From contig CBDFIJ010000004.1 of assembly GCA_965248055.1 (NCBI GenBank), forward strand, positions 1,408,001 to 1,472,000: a stretch of 64,000 bases of DNA. The letters are read 5' to 3'. Under the pieces are notes generated by a model. The model was given only the letters and a program-made list of their open reading frames with translations. It made no database searches and was not told the origin of the DNA. Source of the stretch: Candidatus Multivoradales bacterium. GTDB lineage: Bacteria > Acidobacteriota > Thermoanaerobaculia > Multivoradales > JAHEKO01. A program made the translations under genes and the position numbers. Each line of letters starts with the position of its first letter. Within the stretch, counting starts at the first letter, position 1. Of this stretch, positions 1 through 10,798 are shown in pieces.

Positions 1-624
1 TATTTCAATGGCAAAATACTCCAAACTCCCAGCGTCAAAGCCAATCACTACATCGCCGTCTTTGAAGCGGGCTAGATTGCCCTCCCCCTGATCAACACGG
101 CGGAGTTTTTGGTTCTTGGCGATCAGCCAACCATCGGCATCGCCATCGTCGCCAGCTCCGCCGTCGTGGACCCGGCCGTGCCAAACACGTGCGCCGCGGT
201 TCGTGCGGCGCACTACAACGATGTCCAGCTCATTCCCAGGAAGCTCCAGGCGATCCAGAGACTTGAGAACACCGCCAGAAAGGTCGCCCTGGTAACTCTT
301 GCGTTGGGCAAACCCACCCGGTGAATGAACCGTCCACTCGCCGGTGCCCAGATCCACGCCCACCCACACAGAGCGAGGACCAATCTCAGATTCAGCAATC
401 AAGTCGCCGTCCACTACCTCCACGTGGCGAATAATCTTGTTCATGTAATCGGCGTACTCGCGGCGTACCCCAATAATCGCCACACCAGAACCAGAGTCCT
501 CGAGTGGCGATACCCGGTCGCCCACGACCTCCAGCTCCAGACCAGAAACTGGAGTGCCAAAGAACAAGAATGCACAAAAGGCCAAAGCAGCAGTTCTTGG
601 GAAAACGAAGTTGATTCTAGACAT
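1..624 (-). CDS. Secreted hypothetical protein (partial, runs off the window)
   Basis: Hand-translated open frame from ATG at 624 to the window edge: MSRINFVFPRTAALAFCAFLFFGTPVSG... (signal-peptide-like) ...VWHGRVHDGGAGDDGDADG...YFAIEI. Absent from the ORF track because no stop lies in the window. Confidence 0.7.
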   Translation of the reverse strand, partial: MSRINFVFPRTAALAFCAFLFFGTPVSGLELEVVGDRVSPLEDSGSGVAIIGVRREYADYMNKIIRHVEVVDGDLIAESEIGPRSVWVGVDLGTGEWTVHSPGGFAQRKSYQGDLSGGVLKSLDRLELPGNELDIVVVRRTNRGARVWHGRVHDGGAGDDGDADGWLIAKNQKLRRVDQGEGNLARFKDGDVVIGFDAGSLEYFAIEI

Positions 625-1001
625 CAGTCTCCTAAATCGCTCAAAAACACGCGACACACTCCCCAAGTCGCGCAAATCGGTAGAGAAGCCCCCGCTCCTC
701 TCTGGCTTAAGACAAAAGCGAACATACACGAAACCATACGAAAGAAGCAAATGTCATTGTTTCCCCATAAATTTGCCTTTTGAACGCCACAATTTCAAAG
801 ATTGCATTCAGGAAGTTAGTGCTCCGCGCAAAAAAGGACTCAACAAAGATCCCTAAACGCAGATAGGCTTAGGTCAAAACAAGGACGGGAGCGATCAGCC
901 GGCGGCGACAAGAAGAAATCGTCCGAGGTACTGCACGAATACCAAGCGGACTCCGCCACAAAGAAAGGTTGGCTGGACGAGCAGTCGCGAACTAGTACTG
1001 A

Positions 1002-4000
1002 CTAGCTGTCCACCACGCTAGCCATCGCGTCACCAGCAATCGCTTCGACAGGCGCAGCAGCTTTGCCACCACGCATCGACGATAGGCCACGTTGGACGAT
1101 CTTCGATACGGCGATGCGGGCGTCGTCGAACAAGGTGTAGAAAACCGGTACGACGAGGAGGGTGAGCAGGGTGGCGGTGGTGAGGCCACCGATGAGGGTG
1201 AGGCCGAAGCTCTTGTAGCCGATGCCCATGGAAGATGTGGAGGCCAGGGTGAGCGGAATCAATCCGCCAATGGTGGTCAAGGCGGTCATCATGATCGGGC
1301 GGAAGCGGCGTTCGGTTGCCAGGATGACTGCCTTGTTGCGGGCAATGCCTTCGTGGCGCAGCCGGGTGACGTAGTCGATCAACACGATACCGTTGTTGAC
1401 CACCACGCCGATCAACAGAATCAGGCCGATGATTCCCAGCATATCGATGTTCATTCCGGCGATCAGATGGGTCCAGATGACGCCCATTGCAGCCAGGGGA
1501 ATGGTGAGGATAATCGACAGCGGCAAGATCGAGCTTTCAAACAAGAAGCCCATCAACAAATAGATAAACACCACCGAGAGCATGGCGGCCAAGATCATCG
1601 CCTGAACGTCTTCGCCTCCTCCTCCACCGCGACGGAAACCGCCGCCCCAGATGACTCCTTCGGGCAGGTCAATCCCCGCAGCCAGGGCCATCAATCGATC
1701 CCGGGTTTCGTCTTCACGACCTTCTTCTAATTGCACCGAAACTTCACGTGAGACCCGTTTGTTGCGGCGAAAGATGTAGGTGGCGCTGGAAAGATACTGG
1801 GGGTCGGAAATCGACGAAAGCTGCGCCAAACCACCTTGTTCATCGGGCACTGCGAAGTCACCCAGCTCGTCCAGGGAGTCTCGATCTTGTTCTCGAAAAC
1901 GCACAGTGACTGGGATCTCTTTGCCGCCATAGCTAAACCGAGGCAAGCTCTGTCCGCGCAGTGCATAGCCGACTACCGCGGCAGCAACCTGCGGGTTGAT
2001 CCCCTGTGTACGCATGCGGTCGCGATCAAGAACCAGGGCCATCTCACTCGGACTATCATCAGTGACCTTCTTAAGACCAATCACGCCATCGACCTTGGCC
2101 AGGAGGTCTTCCAAAGCCAAGGCGGTCTGTTCCAAGAGGTCGGCGTCCTCGCCCTCGAGGAAGAAGGTTTGGGCTTCTTCCTTGTTCTCGTCTGTCGAAC
2201 TGTCGTCCTCGTTGACGAAGTACTTAACGCCAGCTTTCTGGGGCATCGCCTCGATGACTTGGTTGGCGGCAACCCGCGGCGAAACACCCTTCTTGGTGCG
2301 CGGCGTGTTGAACCAGGCGACGATCTCGCCATAGGTCGAGCGGTGGAAGTGGTACCAACCGTCGATATCGAGTTCTTCTTGCATCGAAGCGATGATTTCA
2401 TCGCTCTTCTTAAAGTATTCCTCGGCCTCTTCCAGAGTGGTGTTGTTGGGCAGGCGAAAGTCGATCTCAAAAGCTCCTCTATCCTCTTCTTGGGCTTGGA
2501 CGAACTTAACTCCTTTGTTCATTACTGCGCCGGTGGCAATCAACGAGACCAGGAGAATCAGCGCCAAATCGAGTCGGCGGCGCATGAACACGGTGAGCAC
2601 CTTGATATACCAACGGTTCATCCGGCCAAAGGTGGCTTCGTAGAAACGCCCGGCGATCTCGCCGACCTTGCTCTTCTTTTCCTCGACCCCGTCTGGAGGC
2701 AAGGTGACATAGACCGCCAAAGGAATCATCACCAGCGCCACCAGCAAGGAGCCCAACAGCGACATCGAGATCGGAATTGACAACCGCAGGAGGAAAAACT
2801 GTCCTTGGCCGTCGACCAAGGAAACCGGGAGAAAAACAATGATGGTGGTCAAGGTCGCCATGGTCACTGCCAAGGCGATTTCGCCAGCACCTTCGATACA
2901 GGCTTTGCGTTTGGGCATGCCGTCGCGATGAAGTCGGAAAATATTCTCCGCCACCACCACCGAGTTATCGACCAATAGACCAACCGAGATCATCAGCGCC
3001 AACAAGGTCAGCACGTTGAGGCTTTCGCCCAAGAAATACATCGCGGTCAGCCCGATGACGATCGACAGGGGAATCGACAGGGTGGCGATCAGCGTCATGC
3101 GGATCCGCCGCAGGAAGAAAAACAGCACCACCAAGGCGATCAAGCCACCGATGCGTCCGCTGGAGAGCAGAGTATTGAGGCTCTCCATGATGATCTCGCC
3201 TTGATCGAAAAATGGTTCAACCCCGAGCAGCGACAATCGCGGGTTGTCTTTCATCGAGTCCAACACTGCGCCAACCCGCTTGCTGACCTCCATGGTGTTG
3301 GCTTGCCCTTCTTTGATTACCTGGATCGCGACCGCGTCCTTGCCCTCCAAGCGCACGCGGAATTTGCTCTCGGGTTGGTCGTAATGGACGTAGGCAATAT
3401 CGGACAATCGCACATTGGGGCCGACGGTCCGAGAGTTGAGTTCCTCGACCGAGTCGTAGCGAGCCACGGAGCGCATCAGTAGTTTCTGATCACCATGCCG
3501 CACATGGCCGCTAGCCATCGAAAAATTATCGCCCGCAAGTTGTTGCGCAAGTTCGTAGATGTTGAGGCCAGCGGCTGCGGTGCGCTTGCGGTCCAACTCA
3601 ATTAAGATTTCTTTCTCAATCAGACCATCGATGTTGACCGAGGCCACGCCGTCGATGCGCTCGATCGGCAGTTTGATTTCATCCTCGATGATCTGCCAAG
3701 GATCGGGAATCGCCGGGTCAATGGTGACCGCAAACATGAAAATCGGAATTCCAGAAGCATCCTGCTTCCAAATGATCACCTGTTCCACGTCGTCGGGCAG
3801 GTCTGCTCGCGCCCTTTCAATTCGATCGCGAACCTCACGATAGGCAATATCTAGATCGGTTCCGTGCTTGAACTGCAAAGAAATGCGAGCCCGGCCAGAG
3901 CTCGCCCGCGAATCCATTTTGTCGATCCCGTTGACAGTAGAGAGCTGCTCTTCGAGAGGCAGAATGACCTTGTCGACGACTTCGGGAGCCGGGGCGTCCC

Positions 4001-4172
4001 GCCATGGGACCCAGACTGTCAAACGTGGTTCAACCATGCCGCTGGGAAAGAGTTCAAGCGGAATTCCTACCGCCGCCACCACACCCAAGACGACCACAGT
4101 CACCAACGCCATCAATACTGTGACTTTACGGTTGAGGGAAAAATTGGGCAGCTTGGATTCGATCGGGCTCAT
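1002..4172 (-). CDS. RND efflux permease subunit (AcrB/AcrD/AcrF family)
   Basis: 1056 aa with RND topology and motifs (GLLVDNSVVVAENI, RFRPIMMTALTT). Confidence 0.95.
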   Translation of the reverse strand: MSPIESKLPNFSLNRKVTVLMALVTVVVLGVVAAVGIPLELFPSGMVEPRLTVWVPWRDAPAPEVVDKVILPLEEQLSTVNGIDKMDSRASSGRARISLQFKHGTDLDIAYREVRDRIERARADLPDDVEQVIIWKQDASGIPIFMFAVTIDPAIPDPWQIIEDEIKLPIERIDGVASVNIDGLIEKEILIELDRKRTAAAGLNIYELAQQLAGDNFSMASGHVRHGDQKLLMRSVARYDSVEELNSRTVGPNVRLSDIAYVHYDQPESKFRVRLEGKDAVAIQVIKEGQANTMEVSKRVGAVLDSMKDNPRLSLLGVEPFFDQGEIIMESLNTLLSSGRIGGLIALVVLFFFLRRIRMTLIATLSIPLSIVIGLTAMYFLGESLNVLTLLALMISVGLLVDNSVVVAENIFRLHRDGMPKRKACIEGAGEIALAVTMATLTTIIVFLPVSLVDGQGQFFLLRLSIPISMSLLGSLLVALVMIPLAVYVTLPPDGVEEKKSKVGEIAGRFYEATFGRMNRWYIKVLTVFMRRRLDLALILLVSLIATGAVMNKGVKFVQAQEEDRGAFEIDFRLPNNTTLEEAEEYFKKSDEIIASMQEELDIDGWYHFHRSTYGEIVAWFNTPRTKKGVSPRVAANQVIEAMPQKAGVKYFVNEDDSSTDENKEEAQTFFLEGEDADLLEQTALALEDLLAKVDGVIGLKKVTDDSPSEMALVLDRDRMRTQGINPQVAAAVVGYALRGQSLPRFSYGGKEIPVTVRFREQDRDSLDELGDFAVPDEQGGLAQLSSISDPQYLSSATYIFRRNKRVSREVSVQLEEGREDETRDRLMALAAGIDLPEGVIWGGGFRRGGGGGEDVQAMILAAMLSVVFIYLLMGFLFESSILPLSIILTIPLAAMGVIWTHLIAGMNIDMLGIIGLILLIGVVVNNGIVLIDYVTRLRHEGIARNKAVILATERRFRPIMMTALTTIGGLIPLTLASTSSMGIGYKSFGLTLIGGLTTATLLTLLVVPVFYTLFDDARIAVSKIVQRGLSSMRGGKAAAPVEAIAGDAMASVVDS

Positions 4173-4205
4173 TTCGTCTTTCCTCGTTCTGCGTCCACGG
4201 ACTGA

Positions 4206-7200
4206 CTAGGCTGGTTCTGCAATCCCGTCGATGCTTTCGTCTTCCGCCGATTGCGACTGCGAAGCGCGGCGACCGGCAAACCGTTCCTTGAGTCGATCCA
4301 TCATCAGGTAGACGACCGGAATCACCACCAAAGTGAGGAAGGTGGAAACCAAAAGTCCTGAGATCACCGCGATCGCCATCGGCGTGCGCAATTCGGCACC
4401 ATCGCCAGCGCCCAACGCCATCGGTAGCAAGCCGAGACAGGTGGTTGCGGTGGTCATCAAGATCGGCCGCAAGCGCACCGAGCAGGCCTCGAGAACCGCT
4501 TCCTCGACCGGGAGCCCGCGGGTTCGCAATTGATTGATGTAGTCAACTAAGACGATCGCATTGTTCACCACGATCCCGGCCAACATGATCATGCCGAGAA
4601 ACACCACAATCGAAAGGCTGATCCCCAGCAACTTGAGGGCAACCACGGTGCCTAAGAAGGCAAACGGGATCGAAATTAAGATCACCAACGGGTGAATCAG
4701 AGATTCAAATTGGCCAGCCATGATCACGTAAACCAAGAAGATCGAGAGCGCGAGTGCCAAGAACAAGCTGTTGCGGCTGCGCTCCCATTCTTCGCTCTGG
4801 CCGGCGATCAAAAACGTGCTGCCCGGGCGCCATTCCATGGCGTCGAGTCGGCTGCGGATGCTCTCTACCGCCGCCCCCAATGAAACACCTTGAGCTGTAT
4901 TGGCAGTCACCAACGCCACCCGCCGGCCATCGATCCGCCGCACTTCACTGGGACCCTCGGCCAAGGAAACTGCCGCCACCGCGGACAGAGGAATCGGCCG
5001 ATCTCCGTCCGGGTTGACAATCATGGTTTCCACGTCTTGCACCGTCTCTCGATCTTCCATACGCAGTCGAACCAAAATCGGGATGCGTCGGTCCTTAAGG
5101 TTGAAACGCGTCGCCTCAAACCCCTGAACTTGATTCCGAACCAGAGTCGCTACTTGTTGTGGGTTGAGTCCATAGCGCGCCAGCAGGTCACGGTTGTAGA
5201 CCACTTGTACCTCAGGAGCGCCGCGTCGCAGGCTGACCTCGATGTCAGTGAGCTCCGGCATCGACGCCAGATTCTGTCGAGCCAACTCGGCTTGGCGACG
5301 CAAGGAAACAAGATCGTCACCGTGGACTTCCACCTCGACCGGAGCCTTGAAGGAAAACAGCACCGGCCGGACCACCTGGGCTTCTAGGTCGGGAATGCGA
5401 TCGAACCGCTCCCGCAAACGCGCCAGAACCTGGTTTTCGACTCTGGGATCAGAGGAATCCAGCAGCACTTTGAAGCGAGCGGTGTGCTCGCCTTCGTCCG
5501 ATCGGTTGGAGTTGGCGGCGTCGTAACCGACGGTCAGCAACAGCGACTTGATGTGCTCCTTCTCGGCCATGATCGCCTGTTCGACCGGGGCTACAGCGAG
5601 GTCAGTCTGCTCCAGGGGTGTTCCTACCGGCAAGGTCACTTCGACAGTGAACTCTCCCTGGCGCACCTCCGGCAGCAATTCGGTATCAAGGCGGGTCGCT
5701 AGAAATCCTGTCAGAAGCAGCGAAGCGACTACCACGGTCATGATCGATCCGGGAGCAGCCAAGGCCTTCGATAACCGTCTGCGATATCCGGTGCGGGTCG
5801 CGTCCATGCTTCGATCGACAAAACCGCCAACCCCTTTGAGGCGCCTGCCAATCCAGCCAATTCCCTTGGAAGTCAAACGGGCGAGCAGGGTCAACACAAA
5901 GATCACACCCAGAATCAGCTTGGCAATCACTTCGAGGAGAAGACCAATGACTAATCGCAGGACAAAATAGACAACGACAAAGGGCATCGCAAGCCACTTG
6001 AAAATCGTGCCCAACGTTCCGCGCTGCTTTAAAAAATAGGCCTGATAATCTTTGAGAAAAACTCCTAGAGACGCAAAGCGTAGCCAGTTGCGCTCTTCGC
6101 CCGAATCACCCCACTGAACGCCCTCGCGACTGGCCAACATCGGGATCAAGGTCAGGGCGACGATCAAGGCCGCCAGGAGTGACACCACCACCGCGATCCC
6201 CAGGTCGCCGAACGCTTGCCCGGCAACCCCCTCAACAAACACCATTGGGAAAAATACCGCGATGGTGGTCAAGGTTGACGCAGTGACTGCACCTCGCACC
6301 TCAGCGGTTCCTCGCACTGCGGAGGCCTCGATTCCGTCGCCTTCCTCTCGACAACGGAAAATGGACTCCAGCACTACGATCGAGGAGTCGACCAGCATCC
6401 CGACACCCAAAGCCAATCCACCCAACGACATGATGTTGAGGCTGACACCGAACAGGTTGAGTGGTGCAAAGGTGACAATCAGTGAAATCGGAATACTCAG
6501 AGCGATGATCAAGGTGGTGCGTATATCTTTGAGAAAAAACAGCAACACCAACACCGCCAATAAACCACCCATCACTGCAGTGTTGCGGACCTCGTTGATT
6601 GAGTTTTCGATAAACACCGATCGGTCGGCGACCAATCCGATCTCCAGACCTTCTTCCTGAAAGAGCGTACCGATCAGTCCGCCTCCGCCCGCCAGTTGCG
6701 GACCCCGCCCGCGTCCTCCACGACCACCCTTACCGCGACCACCGCGCCCTTTCCCATCCTTGGCGCCGTCCTTAACCTCGGCCTGTTGTGATTCTTCCTT
6801 CGCTTTCGCCGCCCGCTCTTTGGCCTTGTCAATGTCGAACTCACCCAGAGCCGCTTTGACCCGTTTGGCTAAGGCGACGATGTTGGCGTCGGCCTCCTTG
6901 TAAACGTCGATCTGAACGCTTTCTGCGCGGTCGGTGCGGGTGACGATCTCGCGCTCTTTGTGCGCGCGGCGAACTTCACCCAAATCACGAACTCGAACTT
7001 GACGCCCTTCGGAGCGGGTCACCACGGTATCTTCGATCTGGCCCAAATCGAGGAACTCGTTAAGAGTTCGTACCATGTATTCAGTTCGCCCCTCGGTGAT
7101 CGTGCCACCGGCCAGGTTGATGTTCTCCTGGGCCAGCCGGTCGATCACTTGCTGGATCGAGATTCTCGAGCGCTGGAGTTTCTCTTCTTCCAACAGAACG

Positions 7201-7784
7201 TGAATTTCCTCTTCCAAGCCACCGCGCACGCGGGCAGCGGCAACTCCGGGAATCTTTTCCAGATCGCGTTTCACCCGGAGGTCGGCCAAGCGGCGTACCC
7301 GACGCAATCCTTCCTCACCAGAATAGCGATCCCCGGCTCCTGAAAGACTGAGCTCCATGACCGGGTCTAGCGATGGGTCAAAGCGCAAGATGAGAGGACG
7401 TCGAGCCCGTTCCGGCATCAGAATGAGGTCCAGCTTCTCAAGAGAATCCTGAACTGCGTCGGTCATTTTGGTGTCCCAGGTGAACTCCATAATGACGTCA
7501 GAAACGCCGGCACGAGAAACGCTGGAAATGCGCCGCAGCCCGGAGACCACTCCCAGCGCCTCCTCCACTGGGCGGCTGACATCGTTCTCGACTTCTTCGG
7601 GAGCAGCACCGGGATACTCGGTACGCACGGTTAGAGTCGGATAGGACAGCTCCGGCATCAAGGTCACCGGCAGGCGCTTGAGCGAAAACAGCCCAAATAC
7701 CAGCGCGGCAACGAACACCATGGTGATCGCCACTGGGCGACGGGTAGTAAAACTACTCGCCAGTCTGGATGCAGAAGCGCTCAT
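4206..7784 (-). CDS. RND efflux permease subunit (AcrB/AcrD/AcrF family)
   Basis: 1192 aa; YPGAAPEEVE, GMLVDSSIVVLESI, RLRPILMTTATT; Gly/Arg-rich insertion. Confidence 0.95.
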   Translation of the reverse strand: MSASASRLASSFTTRRPVAITMVFVAALVFGLFSLKRLPVTLMPELSYPTLTVRTEYPGAAPEEVENDVSRPVEEALGVVSGLRRISSVSRAGVSDVIMEFTWDTKMTDAVQDSLEKLDLILMPERARRPLILRFDPSLDPVMELSLSGAGDRYSGEEGLRRVRRLADLRVKRDLEKIPGVAAARVRGGLEEEIHVLLEEEKLQRSRISIQQVIDRLAQENINLAGGTITEGRTEYMVRTLNEFLDLGQIEDTVVTRSEGRQVRVRDLGEVRRAHKEREIVTRTDRAESVQIDVYKEADANIVALAKRVKAALGEFDIDKAKERAAKAKEESQQAEVKDGAKDGKGRGGRGKGGRGGRGRGPQLAGGGGLIGTLFQEEGLEIGLVADRSVFIENSINEVRNTAVMGGLLAVLVLLFFLKDIRTTLIIALSIPISLIVTFAPLNLFGVSLNIMSLGGLALGVGMLVDSSIVVLESIFRCREEGDGIEASAVRGTAEVRGAVTASTLTTIAVFFPMVFVEGVAGQAFGDLGIAVVVSLLAALIVALTLIPMLASREGVQWGDSGEERNWLRFASLGVFLKDYQAYFLKQRGTLGTIFKWLAMPFVVVYFVLRLVIGLLLEVIAKLILGVIFVLTLLARLTSKGIGWIGRRLKGVGGFVDRSMDATRTGYRRRLSKALAAPGSIMTVVVASLLLTGFLATRLDTELLPEVRQGEFTVEVTLPVGTPLEQTDLAVAPVEQAIMAEKEHIKSLLLTVGYDAANSNRSDEGEHTARFKVLLDSSDPRVENQVLARLRERFDRIPDLEAQVVRPVLFSFKAPVEVEVHGDDLVSLRRQAELARQNLASMPELTDIEVSLRRGAPEVQVVYNRDLLARYGLNPQQVATLVRNQVQGFEATRFNLKDRRIPILVRLRMEDRETVQDVETMIVNPDGDRPIPLSAVAAVSLAEGPSEVRRIDGRRVALVTANTAQGVSLGAAVESIRSRLDAMEWRPGSTFLIAGQSEEWERSRNSLFLALALSIFLVYVIMAGQFESLIHPLVILISIPFAFLGTVVALKLLGISLSIVVFLGMIMLAGIVVNNAIVLVDYINQLRTRGLPVEEAVLEACSVRLRPILMTTATTCLGLLPMALGAGDGAELRTPMAIAVISGLLVSTFLTLVVIPVVYLMMDRLKERFAGRRASQSQSAEDESIDGIAEPA

Positions 7785-8990
7785 TTAGGCCTCAGACTCG
7801 TCGACGTCTGCGGCGTTCTCAGGCTTGAGGCCCAGGATCTCGACTTCACTGCCGTCTTTCAAACCAGCTTGACCAGCAATAACGACCTGGTCTCCAGCCT
7901 CAATTCCATTCAATGGCTCGATGAACTCGCGGTCCTCAAGCACCGGGGTGAGGAGCAAACGTTCCACCTTGTTTTCGTCAACGATGCGATAGAGAAACAC
8001 TTGGTCAGCGTCATAGATCAGGGCCTTTTTGGGAATCAGTACCGCGTCTTCCCGGGTCTGGGTGACCAGATCGACCGAAACATACATCCCCGGTAGCAAT
8101 TCAGCGCTGCGCGGGACATCGACGGTCACTTTGACGGTTCCGCTGCGCGGATCGACCACCGGGGCAATACGCTCAATGGCGCCAGTACGGATAGCTCCAC
8201 CGCGAGCGTCGGCGATAATACGGGCTTCTTGCCCTACCAGTATCCGCGCCAGTTCTTTCTCCGGCACATAGACCCGAGCAACGATCGAGTCAAAATCAAC
8301 GATCTCGAACAGGTCCTGGCTGACGGACACATGGTCACCCATATTGACGTTGCGCACAGTCACGGTGCCGGAAATCGGTGCTTTGACGGCTGTATAGGAC
8401 AACTCCCGCTGGGCATCGCGATAGGCCAACTCTTGTTGCTCCAACTCGTAGGTCGCCTCACTAAAAACTTGGTCTGAGATCAACTTCTGTTGATACAACC
8501 GCTCTTGGCGCTTGAACTCAATCCGCGCTTTCTCCAACTGGCTATCGGATCTGGCTAAGGCCGTGCGCTGTTGGTCGTCTTGCAGGCGCAGCAACACCTG
8601 GCCGCGACTCACCTCGTCGCCCTCTTCGACCAGCAACTGACGCACGCGTCGGGCGGCCTCAGAAAACACCGTCACCGAGCTCTCCGCTTCGAGATTGGTG
8701 GTATATCGCAACACCGACTCGATCGGCCCGCGCCCAATAGCGACGACCTCGACCGGCACTCCCTTGTTTTCTTCTTCCTCTTCGCCGTCGCCCTTGCTGC
8801 CACGTTTATTAGCCTTTTTGCCTTTTTCGCTATCGCTCGATTCAGCGTCTTCACCGGATTCCGCAACCGCGGTTTTGTCTTCAGAATTGGCTTCTTCGCC
8901 TCCCGATTTGGAACACGCGACTGCCCCTACCAGCAACATTACGGCGAGCCAAAGTGCGGCTCTTTCTCTCCACCAATGTGTATTCGTCAT
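7785..8990 (-). CDS. RND periplasmic adaptor (membrane fusion protein), lipoprotein
   Basis: Lipobox-like AVAC, lipoyl half-motifs (VEEGDEVSRGQVL; KAPISGTV), coiled coil; abuts the permease gene. Confidence 0.93.
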   Translation of the reverse strand: MTNTHWWRERAALWLAVMLLVGAVACSKSGGEEANSEDKTAVAESGEDAESSDSEKGKKANKRGSKGDGEEEEENKGVPVEVVAIGRGPIESVLRYTTNLEAESSVTVFSEAARRVRQLLVEEGDEVSRGQVLLRLQDDQQRTALARSDSQLEKARIEFKRQERLYQQKLISDQVFSEATYELEQQELAYRDAQRELSYTAVKAPISGTVTVRNVNMGDHVSVSQDLFEIVDFDSIVARVYVPEKELARILVGQEARIIADARGGAIRTGAIERIAPVVDPRSGTVKVTVDVPRSAELLPGMYVSVDLVTQTREDAVLIPKKALIYDADQVFLYRIVDENKVERLLLTPVLEDREFIEPLNGIEAGDQVVIAGQAGLKDGSEVEILGLKPENAADVDESEA

Positions 8991-9087
8991 TTTTGCCCTT
9001 TTTTCCGGAGTCCTTTTCCCGAGGAACCCTTTTTCTTAGAAGCCCTTTTTTGTCAACAGCTCAAGCGCCTCGTAACCTGTCAAGAAC

Positions 9088-9113
9088 TACGTTGCGCCCC
9101 CCGGTTTGTTTCA
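9088..9113 (-). promoter_or_regulatory. Putative ECF sigma factor promoter (TGAAAC-N16-CGTA)
   Basis: Minus strand reads TGAAAC, 16 nt, CGTA, about 100 nt upstream of the adaptor ATG; matches the SigW-type consensus. Confidence 0.45.
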
Positions 9114-9198
9114 CGGTTGGATTGTTTTGAAGTGTTTATTTTGATTTGCACACCAACCGGTTCACAGGTCGGCCGGGCGCGAGCCCGGGGACTACCGA

Positions 9199-9423
9199 CT
9201 AACTCGGGGCAGGAGGGTCATCCTCGGTCTCCATCCGCTCGACGACCTGCCGGACTTCGAGTTCCGCGCGGCGAAGCTTGCTGCGCGCGGATTCCAAAAG
9301 TTTGGTGGCACGCTGAAGCTCTTGAGCCAAAGTGTCGATATCGATTCGCTCGTCTTCAATCCCCGACAAAATTGCTTCCAATTCCACCATGGCCTCACTA
9401 AACGTCTTCTCGTTATCGCCCAT
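9199..9423 (-). CDS. xseB: Exodeoxyribonuclease VII small subunit
   Basis: TFSEAMVELEAILSGIE...KLRRAELEV; overlaps the end of xseA; start placed after GGAGA. Confidence 0.9.
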   Translation of the reverse strand: MGDNEKTFSEAMVELEAILSGIEDERIDIDTLAQELQRATKLLESARSKLRRAELEVRQVVERMETEDDPPAPS

Positions 9424-10798
9424 CGTCATTCTCCATGCTGTCAATTGTTGACCTCAACGCGCCCTCCGCCAATTTGGTCAAAACAGTATCGCCAACAGTC
9501 ACATCCTTGGTGGATCGAACCACCCGACCCGCGGAATCGCGAGTGATACTGAATCCTCGGATCAGTAGTCGCTCTGGTGCAAGCTCCGAGGCCAGACGAG
9601 CATAGCTCGTCAATTGTCGGTGCGCGGCCCTGGTGCGTAGTTGAGCTTGACTGACGATTCGTTGCTCGACCACAGACGCCAGCGAAACACCAGCATCAAC
9701 GCGCCTCATGCTGGCCGCCGGAACGCGTCCGACGATCTGTTGGAGGCGGTAGTGCTCCATCGATATTCGATGCTCCGAGGTTGAGCGTAAACGACCTGCG
9801 ATGCGCTGCAAGCTGCTCTCGGCTCCGGTAATCCGTTGTAAGCCACGAGAGATGCGGAAACCCTGTCGTGATAGCAGTCTGGCTTCGGTGTTAATTCTCT
9901 TGCTAGCGATGGTGCTGATTCTGACAGCGAGGCTGCGCACTTGAACCGCTCGCTCATTCATTTGCTCGACCAAGAAAGATGCCGCCCGAGTCGGGGTCTT
10001 CAAGCTGGTGTTGGCAACCCGGTCGCTAACCGAAAGGTCAATTTGATGCCCTAAGCCAACCAACACCGGTTTGCTACAGCCAGCGATCGCAGCAGCCACC
10101 GGCAGGGTGTCGAAGGCGTACAGATCGCTCTTGGCTCCACCGCCGCGGACCACCACCACCACATCCGCGTCGGTACCCGCAGCCAAACCAATCGCTTGTT
10201 CAATCGAAGCCGGGGCATGCTCACCTTGAACCACCGCATCGAAGCGGGCAATTTGAAATCCCCAACCACTTTCCGCCAGGGTCGCGAGGAAGTCGTGATA
10301 GCCCGCGCTCTCAACCGAGGCCACCAGTGCGACCTTGAGCGGAACCTCGGGCAACGCCAATTCTCGGTTCTGGTCGATTAACCCCTGTGCCGCCAAGTCA
10401 TGCAGCGTCTGACGCCGCAGTTGTTCCACTTTGCCGAGACTGAAGCTGGGGTCGACTTGGCGAATAATGAACTGAAGACGTCCTTGCGGCGGATATAAGT
10501 CGAGGCGACCCAAGACCCGCAGTTCCGCGTTCTCTGATAACTCAACGCCGACGCTGGCCAGTTGGCGCTCGATACGCGCCAAGTCGCCGCGCCAAATTAC
10601 GCCATCCAAGCGACCCTCAAGATGATCGCTGTCGCCCTTGTCGATGAGTTCGAAATAGAGATGACCGGCCCGGCTGCGGTGAATTCTTTGGACCTCACCG
10701 CGGACCCACACAGAGGGGAATGCTTCGCCGACAAAAAGCTTGATCTCCGCACACAGGTCGGAAACCCGATAGGTCTCCTCGTCGAAAGGGCGTTGCAC
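9413..10798 (-). CDS. xseA: Exodeoxyribonuclease VII large subunit
   Basis: N-terminal OB fold (VWVRGEV, GHLYFEL), VRGGGAKSDL, GLGHQID, TPTRAA, C-terminal RGFSIT. Confidence 0.95.
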   Translation of the reverse strand: MQRPFDEETYRVSDLCAEIKLFVGEAFPSVWVRGEVQRIHRSRAGHLYFELIDKGDSDHLEGRLDGVIWRGDLARIERQLASVGVELSENAELRVLGRLDLYPPQGRLQFIIRQVDPSFSLGKVEQLRRQTLHDLAAQGLIDQNRELALPEVPLKVALVASVESAGYHDFLATLAESGWGFQIARFDAVVQGEHAPASIEQAIGLAAGTDADVVVVVRGGGAKSDLYAFDTLPVAAAIAGCSKPVLVGLGHQIDLSVSDRVANTSLKTPTRAASFLVEQMNERAVQVRSLAVRISTIASKRINTEARLLSRQGFRISRGLQRITGAESSLQRIAGRLRSTSEHRISMEHYRLQQIVGRVPAASMRRVDAGVSLASVVEQRIVSQAQLRTRAAHRQLTSYARLASELAPERLLIRGFSITRDSAGRVVRSTKDVTVGDTVLTKLAEGALRSTIDSMENDDGR

